Positions 57,267 to 64,000 of a DNA stretch of 64,000 nucleotides are shown one piece after another. Both the position numbers and the translations under genes were made by a program. How positions within the stretch are numbered: position 1 is the stretch's first letter; every line of letters starts with the position of its first letter. The stretch is taken from assembly GCA_965203905.1 (NCBI GenBank), contig CBDBDQ010000005.1, positions 2,368,001 through 2,432,000 on the forward strand, given 5' to 3'. The notes under the pieces are model-generated. The model made no database searches, was not told where the DNA came from, and saw only the letters and a list, made by a program, of their open reading frames with translations. This DNA is from Spirochaetia bacterium (GTDB taxonomy: Bacteria; Spirochaetota; Spirochaetia; SZUA-6; Bin103).

Positions 57267-58091
57267 ATGCATAGCACACGGGTAGCGTGCGGCCAGTTCC
57301 ATGCCCGCGCCGCCGACAAGGCGTACAACCTGGACCGGATGCGATCCCAGATCGACGAGGCTGCCGGCGCCGGGTGTGCCGTGATCCTGTTCCCGGAGCT
57401 GATCGTGAGCGCCTACCTGGCCGCCGACCGGGTACCCGAACAGGCCGAGCCGGTGCCGGGCCCGGCGGTGTCGCGGATCCAGGAGGACGCCGCCGCGGCG
57501 GGCATCGCGGTGGCGTTCGGCATGGCCGAGCGGGCGCCGGACGGCAAGCTCTACAACAGCCTGGTGGTGGTGGATGGCGCCGGCACGCTGGTGACCACCT
57601 ACCGCAAGCTGCACCTGTTCGGGGCCGAGACCTCGTGGGCCACCGCCGGCGATACGGTGCCGGTGTTCAGCGTCGGCGGCGTCACCGCCAGCGGCTGGAT
57701 CTGCTTCGATACCCGCTTCCCGGAGCTGGCGCAGTGCGCCGCCGCCGGCGGGGCGGAGCTGGCGCTGGTGCCCACCGCCTGGCTGGGTCCGCCCGCGGAG
57801 TGGGAGCTGGCACTGCGCGCGCGGGCCATGGACAACAGCATGTTCGTGGCCGGCGCGGACATCGTCAGCTTCGCCGACGGGCTGCGCTGCCGCGGCAACA
57901 GCCTGATCGCGGGTCCCCACGGCGAGGTGCTGGCGCGCGCCGAATCGGACACCGACTGCGTGATCCACGCCGACCTGGATCCCGCCTCCATCGCCCATCA
58001 GCACCAGCGCCTGGCGCTGCTGGCCAACCGCCGCGACGACCTGTTCGGCAGCGCCGGCGGCCGCGCCGCGGCCCAGACCGCCCGCGCCTGA
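57267..58091 (+). CDS. Carbon-nitrogen hydrolase (nitrilase family)
   Basis: FPE, YRKLHL, ICFDTRFPE (E-K-C triad). Confidence 0.93.
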   Translation: MHSTRVACGQFHARAADKAYNLDRMRSQIDEAAGAGCAVILFPELIVSAYLAADRVPEQAEPVPGPAVSRIQEDAAAAGIAVAFGMAERAPDGKLYNSLVVVDGAGTLVTTYRKLHLFGAETSWATAGDTVPVFSVGGVTASGWICFDTRFPELAQCAAAGGAELALVPTAWLGPPAEWELALRARAMDNSMFVAGADIVSFADGLRCRGNSLIAGPHGEVLARAESDTDCVIHADLDPASIAHQHQRLALLANRRDDLFGSAGGRAAAQTARA

Positions 58092-58174
58092 GGCGTTGCC
58101 GGCGGCTGCCCGGATGCCCACGGATGCCCCGCGGCGGGTGCCCGTGCCGGGTACATCGATGATAGGATGCCACC

Positions 58175-59332
58175 ATGAGTCGCAGAATTCGCATGGGAAT
58201 GGTGGGCGGCGGCAGAGACGCTTTCATCGGCGCCGTCCACCGCATGGCGGCTGCCCTGGATGGCCATATCGAACTGGTGTGCGGGGCGTTCAGCAGCGAT
58301 CCGGAGCGCTCGCGGGCGTCGGGAGCCGACCTCTACCTGCCACCGGACCGCGTCTACGGCGGCTACCAGGAGATGATGGAGGCGGAAGCCGGGCTGTCCG
58401 CGGACGAGCGCATGGACTTCGTGTCCATCGTCACCCCCAACCACGTCCACTTTCCGGTGGCCAAGGCGGCGCTGGAGGCGGGGTTCCACGTCATGAGCGA
58501 CAAGCCGATGACCTTCGACCTGGCGCAGGCGCGGGAGCTGCAGTCGCTGGTGGAGCGCACCGGGCTGCAGTTCGGCCTGACTCACAACTACACCGGCTAC
58601 CCGATGGTCAAGGAGGCGCGCCACCTGGTGCGCAGCGGCACCATCGGCAAGGTACGCAAGATCGTGGTGGAGTATCCCCAGGGCTGGCTGGCGCAGCTGA
58701 TCGAGGCCGAGGGCCAGAAGCAGGCGAGCTGGCGTACCGATCCGACCCGTGCGGGGGCCAGTTCCTGCATCGGCGACATCGGCACCCACGCCGAGAACCT
58801 GATGGAGTACATCACCGGGCTGCACATCACCGAGCTGTGCGCCGACCTCACCACCTTCGTCGCGGGCCGCAAGCTGGAGGACGACGGCAACGTCCTGGTG
58901 CGGCTGGAGCAGGGCGCCCGCGGCGTGCTGTACGCCAGCCAGGTCTCCGCGGGCGAGGAGAATCCCCTCACCATCCGCATCTACGGCGAGGACGCCGGCC
59001 TGGAGTGGCACCAGGAAGAGCCCAACACGCTCATCGTGAAGTGGGGGGCGCAGCATCGCGAGGTGCGGCGCACCGGCGTCGGCGAGCTGTCGGCGGCCAG
59101 CGCCGCCCATACCCGGCTTCCGCCCGGACACCCGGAGGGGTTCGTCGAAGCGTTCGCCAATCTGTATCGCAACTACGCGCTGGCGCTGCAGGCGCGGCTG
59201 GCCGGCGCAGATCCGGCGCCCGAACATCTCGATTTCCCCACGGTGCATGACGGGGTCCGCGGCATGGCCTTCATCGCGGCCTGCGTGGCCAGCTCCGCCA
59301 GCGCCGACAAGTGGACCAGACTGGAGGTATAG
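58175..59332 (+). CDS. Gfo/Idh/MocA oxidoreductase
   Basis: [31 protein letters not shown]. Confidence 0.93.
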   Translation: MSRRIRMGMVGGGRDAFIGAVHRMAAALDGHIELVCGAFSSDPERSRASGADLYLPPDRVYGGYQEMMEAEAGLSADERMDFVSIVTPNHVHFPVAKAALEAGFHVMSDKPMTFDLAQARELQSLVERTGLQFGLTHNYTGYPMVKEARHLVRSGTIGKVRKIVVEYPQGWLAQLIEAEGQKQASWRTDPTRAGASSCIGDIGTHAENLMEYITGLHITELCADLTTFVAGRKLEDDGNVLVRLEQGARGVLYASQVSAGEENPLTIRIYGEDAGLEWHQEEPNTLIVKWGAQHREVRRTGVGELSAASAAHTRLPPGHPEGFVEAFANLYRNYALALQARLAGADPAPEHLDFPTVHDGVRGMAFIAACVASSASADKWTRLEV

Positions 59333-59334
59333 AC

Positions 59335-60339
59335 ATGGCACGAGAGGTAACCCTGTTCACCGGTCAGTGGGCGGACCTGCCGCTGGAGGAGTTGGCCGGG
59401 AAGGCGGCCGCCTGGGGCTTCGACGGCCTGGAACTGGCGTGCTGGGGCGACCACTTCGAGGTCGACAAGGCGTTGGCCGACGCCGGCTACGTCAGCGCCA
59501 AGCGGGAGCTGCTGGAGCGCCACGGCCTGAAGTGCCACACCATCAGCAACCACCTGGTGGGCCAGTGCGTGTGCGACTCCCCCATCGACGCCCGGCACCA
59601 GGGCATCGTCGGCCCGGAGATCTGGGGCGACGGCGACCCGGAGGGGGTGCGTCAGCGCGCGGCCGAGGCGATGAAGGACACCGCGCGGGCGGCCGCGAAG
59701 TTCGGCGTCACCACGGTGGCGGGGTTCACCGGGTCCAGCATCTGGTACGCGCTGGCCGGCTTCCCGCCGGCGGTGGAAGGCATGATCGACGCCGGCTACC
59801 AGGACTTCGCCGACCGCTGGAATCCGATTCTCGACGTGTTCGACCAGGAGGGGGTGCGGTTCGCCCTGGAGGTGCACCCCTCCGAGATCGCCTACGACTA
59901 CTGGACCACCCAGCGCACGCTGGAGGCGGTCGACCGGCGGCCGGCGTTCGGCATCAACTTCGATCCCAGCCACCTGGTGTGGCAGGCGGTGGATCCGGAG
60001 CAGTTCGTGCTCGACTTCGCGGACCGCATCTATCACGCCCACGTCAAGGAATCGCAGCGCAACCACAACGGCCGCAACGGCGCCCTGGCCTCCCACCTGG
60101 ACTTCGGCAACATGCGCCGCGGCTGGGACTTCGTGTCGCCGGGACGCGGCGAGGTGCCGTTCGAGCGGGTGTTCCGGGCGCTGAACTCCATCGGCTACCA
60201 GGGCCCGCTCTCGATCGAGTGGGAGGACAGCGGCATGGACCGCGAGCAGGGCGCGCCCGAGGCGCTCGGGTTCGTGCGCCGCACCGACCTGACCGCCTCG
60301 CAGATCGCCTTCGACGCCGCCTTCACCCAGTCGGAGTAG
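59335..60339 (+). CDS. Sugar phosphate isomerase/epimerase (AP endonuclease 2 fold)
   Basis: [33 protein letters not shown]. Confidence 0.92.
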   Translation: MAREVTLFTGQWADLPLEELAGKAAAWGFDGLELACWGDHFEVDKALADAGYVSAKRELLERHGLKCHTISNHLVGQCVCDSPIDARHQGIVGPEIWGDGDPEGVRQRAAEAMKDTARAAAKFGVTTVAGFTGSSIWYALAGFPPAVEGMIDAGYQDFADRWNPILDVFDQEGVRFALEVHPSEIAYDYWTTQRTLEAVDRRPAFGINFDPSHLVWQAVDPEQFVLDFADRIYHAHVKESQRNHNGRNGALASHLDFGNMRRGWDFVSPGRGEVPFERVFRALNSIGYQGPLSIEWEDSGMDREQGAPEALGFVRRTDLTASQIAFDAAFTQSE

Positions 60340-60461
60340 CACCAGGCTCCGTGCGGCGGTCGCCGGCGGGCCGCGCGGAGCAGTCTCGACACGGGGCGAA
60401 GACTCGTTCGTCCATGCCCTCGGCGGTCTCGGTGGCCGCCGATTCGTGCTATCGTCCAGCC

Positions 60462-61499
60462 GTGGCTGAAGAGATAGGAATCGGGATCGCCGGCCTCGGA
60501 CGCAGCGGCTGGTCGATTCATGCGCGGGCGCTGGGGGAACTTGGCGAGCACTACCGCGTGGTAGCGGTGTCCGATCCACTGGCGGAGCGGCGCGCGGAGG
60601 CGAGCGAGCGGTTCGGCTGCGCGGCCCACGAGGAGTTCGCCGCGCTGCTGGAGGACGAGCGCATCGAGGTGGTGGTGGTGGCGGCGCCCAGCCACCTGCA
60701 CGCCGAGTACACCGTCGCCGCGCTGCGTGCCGGCAAGCACGTGGTGTGCGAGAAGCCGATGGCGACCGACGTCGCGGCGGCCACGGAGATGAGCGCGGCG
60801 GCCGAGGAGACCGGCAGGCTGCTCACCGTGTTCCAGAACTACCGCTATCACGGCGACGTGGCCAAGGTGCGCGAGGTGCTCGCCTCCGGAGTGCTGGGGC
60901 GCATCGTGCTGATCCGCATCGCCCATCACTCGTTCACCCGGCGCTGGGACTGGCAGACGCTGCAGCGCTACGGCGGCGGGTCGATGAACAACACCGGCCC
61001 GCACGTCATCGATACCGGCCTGCTGCTGTTCGGGGACGGCGAGCCTCAGGTGACCTGCGTGCGCGACCGCACCCGCACCCTCGGCGACGCCGATGACCAT
61101 GTGATCATCCTGTTGCGCGGGGAACGCAACCCGGCCGTGCAGATCGAGATCACCGCGGCGTGCGCCTATCCCCAGGAGAAGTGGCAGGTGATGGGCTGTG
61201 AGGGCGGCCTGACCGGTTCCGACTCGGAGTTGCACTGGCGTTACGTGGAACCGGGATCGCTGCCGGAGCGGACCCTGAGCACGGAGCCGACCCCCGACCG
61301 CAGCTACAACCGCGACCCCGCGGTGTGGGTGGAGCACTCCTGGTCGCAGGACGAAGCCCCGGCCGGCCGCGGCGACGCCGGATTCTACCTGGACCTGTAC
61401 GCGGCCGTCCGCGACGGGCAGCCGGTGCCGGTGCCCGCGGAGGAGGTGCTGCGGCAGATGCGGGTGATGGAGGAGTGCCGCCGCCAGGCCCCGCTCTGA
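60462..61499 (+). CDS. Gfo/Idh/MocA oxidoreductase
   Basis: GLGRSG, PSHLH, HVVCEKP, GPHVID. Confidence 0.92.
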   Translation: MAEEIGIGIAGLGRSGWSIHARALGELGEHYRVVAVSDPLAERRAEASERFGCAAHEEFAALLEDERIEVVVVAAPSHLHAEYTVAALRAGKHVVCEKPMATDVAAATEMSAAAEETGRLLTVFQNYRYHGDVAKVREVLASGVLGRIVLIRIAHHSFTRRWDWQTLQRYGGGSMNNTGPHVIDTGLLLFGDGEPQVTCVRDRTRTLGDADDHVIILLRGERNPAVQIEITAACAYPQEKWQVMGCEGGLTGSDSELHWRYVEPGSLPERTLSTEPTPDRSYNRDPAVWVEHSWSQDEAPAGRGDAGFYLDLYAAVRDGQPVPVPAEEVLRQMRVMEECRRQAPL

Positions 61500-62666
61500 T
61501 CAGGTGAGCGCCTGCAGGCCGGTCACCAGGCGTTCGATCCCCGCGCCGGCGTCCTGCGGCGTCAGCGCGGCGTAGCCGAGGCGCAGCGAGCAGCCTTCCA
61601 GTCCGAAGGCGGTGCCGGGCAGCACCGCCACCCGGTGCTCGGCCACCAGCCGCCGCGCCAGGGTCATCGGGTCGCCGCCGCGGCGCAGCCGCAGCAGCAC
61701 GTAGAAGGCGCCGTCGGCGTGCACCGGCTCGCAGCGGTCACCGAGCGCCGCGAGCGCCGCCAGCACCGTTTCCCGCACCCGCTCGATCGGGACGCGCCGC
61801 TGCAGGCAGTAGCTGCGGCCGGCCTTCAGGGCGCCCGTCGCGGCCACCTGGCTCACCAGCGGCGGACAGATCAGCACCGTGTCCTGGATCTTGGCCACCG
61901 CGTCGTAGAGCGCCGCCGGGATCGTCAGGTAGCCGATGCGCCAGCCCGCGAAGCCGTAGCTCTTGGAGAGCGAGAACAGGGAGATGGTGTGTCCCGCGGC
62001 CTGCGGCAGCGAGCCGGGCGAGAAGTGCGCGCGCCCGTCGTAGGTGAAGTACTCGTAGGCCTCGTCGTGGATGTGGTAGATGCCGCGCTCCGCGCACAGC
62101 GCGTTCAGGCCCCTCAGGTCGGCCTCGGGGTAGACCGCGCCGGTGGGGTTGTTGGGCGAGATCGACACCACCGCGCGGGTGCGTGAGGTGATGGCGCCGG
62201 CTATGGCGTCGAGATCGAGCTGATAGGCGGCGTCCGCGGGCACGATCACCGGGCGGCAGTTGGCCATCGCCACCGCCATCTCGTGGTTGAAGTAGTAGGG
62301 GCTGATCAGGATTATCTCGTCGCCCGGATCGGCGATGGCGAGCAGGGCGTTGACGAACGCCATGTTGCCGCCGGCGCTGACTACCAGCTGGCGCTCATCG
62401 TCGAGGCGGATGCCGTTTTCCGCCTCCAGCTTGGCGCACAACAGCTCGCGCAGCGGCGGAATGCCCCACACCGCCCCGTAGAGGTGGTTGGTCGGTGTTT
62501 CCCAGAAGCCACGCAGTGCCTCCTCGGTCTGCGGCGGCGGTCCGTAGTAGACCACGCCCTGGCCCAGGGAGATGGTGTCCGGGTACTCGCGGATCAACCC
62601 GTGGATGATCGGGATCACCGGCGGCTGCACCTGCGCCAGCCGCGCCGACTCCCCGAGCCCCCTCAC
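61500..62666 (-). CDS. PLP-dependent aminotransferase class I/II
   Basis: ISLGQG, SPNNPTG, DEAY, SLSKSYGFAGWRIG. Confidence 0.93.
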   Translation of the reverse strand: MRGLGESARLAQVQPPVIPIIHGLIREYPDTISLGQGVVYYGPPPQTEEALRGFWETPTNHLYGAVWGIPPLRELLCAKLEAENGIRLDDERQLVVSAGGNMAFVNALLAIADPGDEIILISPYYFNHEMAVAMANCRPVIVPADAAYQLDLDAIAGAITSRTRAVVSISPNNPTGAVYPEADLRGLNALCAERGIYHIHDEAYEYFTYDGRAHFSPGSLPQAAGHTISLFSLSKSYGFAGWRIGYLTIPAALYDAVAKIQDTVLICPPLVSQVAATGALKAGRSYCLQRRVPIERVRETVLAALAALGDRCEPVHADGAFYVLLRLRRGGDPMTLARRLVAEHRVAVLPGTAFGLEGCSLRLGYAALTPQDAGAGIERLVTGLQALT

Positions 62667-63688
62667 GCCGCTGGTACCAGCACGGCGGACCCGCTCAGGG
62701 CGCCGCTGCGCACGGCGTGCAGGGCGCTGTTGGCCTCCTCCAGGGGGAAGCGCTCGGCCGCGGCGGTGAGCGACAGCTCCGCGGCACGCGCCAGGAAGGC
62801 GGCTCCGTCACTCCGTGTCAGGTTGGCCACCGAGCACAGCTCCCGTTCGTGCCACAGGGCAGCGTAGGGAAACGCGGGGATATCGCTCATGTGGATGCCG
62901 GCGCATACCACGGTGCCACCGCGTTCCACCGCCGCGAGGGCCGCCGGAACCAGGCCGGCCGCCGGGGCCAGGATGATGGCGGCGGCGGGGCGGTGGGGCG
63001 GCGCGGTGTCGGAGCCGCCAGCCCAGGCGGCCCCGGCTGCCCGCGCCTGCTCCTGCTTGCGCAGGTCGCCGGGCCGGGTATGGACGTACACGGCATGGCC
63101 GTCGGCGCGGGCCACGGCCAGCAGCAGCCGCGCCGCGGAACCGAACCCGTACAGCGCCAGCGGCCCGCCTCCCGCGGTCAGGGCCGGGCGCGCCTTGCGG
63201 TAGGCGCGGAAGCCGATCATGCCGGCGCACAGCAGCGGGGCCACGACCGCGGGATCGGCCGGCGCCGCGGCGCCCAGCGAGAACACGTAGCCGGCGCGGG
63301 TCAGCATCAGCTCCGCGTAGCCGCCGTCGGTCGTAAATCCGGTGAAGAGGGCGCCCGTGCACAGGTTCTCGCGGCCGCTACGGCAGAAGGAACAGCCGCC
63401 GCAGGTCGCCGCCAGCCACGCCACTCCGATGCAGTCGCCCGGCGCGAAGCCGGCACAGCCGGGGCCGGTCGACACCACCTTCCCCACCACCTGGTGCCCG
63501 GGAATTCGGGGCAGCGGCACCCGTGGATCCAGCTCGCCGTCGACCAGGTGCAGGTCGGTACGGCACACCGCGCAGGCCAGCACCCGTAACAGCAGCTCGC
63601 CCTGACCCGGAACCGGATCCGGCACCTCGCGTGCCTCCAGCGGCCGCGCCGATCGTGGGGTGATCCGTTCCAGGACCATGGCCAGCAT
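62663..63688 (-). CDS. Zinc-dependent alcohol dehydrogenase family protein
   Basis: VCRTDLH, PGHQVVG, CGGCSFCRSGRENLC, LLCAG, YGFG. Confidence 0.93.
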   Translation of the reverse strand: MLAMVLERITPRSARPLEAREVPDPVPGQGELLLRVLACAVCRTDLHLVDGELDPRVPLPRIPGHQVVGKVVSTGPGCAGFAPGDCIGVAWLAATCGGCSFCRSGRENLCTGALFTGFTTDGGYAELMLTRAGYVFSLGAAAPADPAVVAPLLCAGMIGFRAYRKARPALTAGGGPLALYGFGSAARLLLAVARADGHAVYVHTRPGDLRKQEQARAAGAAWAGGSDTAPPHRPAAAIILAPAAGLVPAALAAVERGGTVVCAGIHMSDIPAFPYAALWHERELCSVANLTRSDGAAFLARAAELSLTAAAERFPLEEANSALHAVRSGALSGSAVLVPAA

Positions 63689-64000
63689 GCCCCCATGGTG
63701 CGCGCTGCGAAGCCCCCGCGCAAGTACTTGCATAAACAGACAAGTGTCTGTATTGTTGGTCTTCATGGCACTACGATGGAAGCCTGCAGTAGTCATGGCG
63801 CCACGCCAAGCCAGAGCCGGACCCGTTCTTGCAGACACGGGTGGGTACAGGGCAGAGGTACACGCGGAACTCTCAGTGTTCTGTGACGCTTGCTTGCCGA
63901 GCCCTAGGCTGCTGCGTCAATATGGGCTCGCACATGGGCCAGTGGCGCATACTCGCCGGTGATTGAGCATTGGATTGGAAGCAAACGTATCCGGGATCCG

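Noticed and set aside
63700-64000. Lower-GC tail at window end
   Set aside because: Too short and truncated to assign; may be the edge of another insert

Overview
High-GC bacterial chromosomal window with no rRNA, tRNA or CRISPR array. The Cys-less 'LAFGGAEQEG' leader of the sugar-binding protein, the sulfatases and the sugar ABC system suggest a Spirochaetota-like heterotroph, but this is inference only. Intact backbone genes include an RND efflux locus (two permeases, an adaptor, a two-component system and two convergent TolC-like genes), two near-identical sigma54-type Hsp20 cassettes bracketing a 2OG-Fe(II) oxygenase and a hydroxyacid-oxoacid transhydrogenase, glnS, sulfatases, a sugar ABC transporter, gap, glpK-glpD, pyrE and sugar oxidoreductases. 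Between them are many small toxin/defence inserts, most with a broken effector gene: HATPase-STAS-PIN triad, Fic split by ISAzo13, SF2 helicase plus PtuA-like ATPase, DUF433/DUF5615, DarTG, and AbiEi plus AbiEii-WYL-Zn finger. Best leads: (1) two tandem putative sRNAs at 54398-54740 sharing a 51-nt 3' module whose terminator loop displays an anti-Shine-Dalgarno sequence, apparently under different alternative sigma promoters, in a region where many genes look leaderless; (2) an AbiEii toxin fused to WYL and a C2H-type Zn finger; (3) a partner-switching-like HATPase/STAS/PIN triad; (4) a GlnRS with altered HIGH and KMSKS motifs. All functional calls come from motif recognition by eye; no database searches were run.
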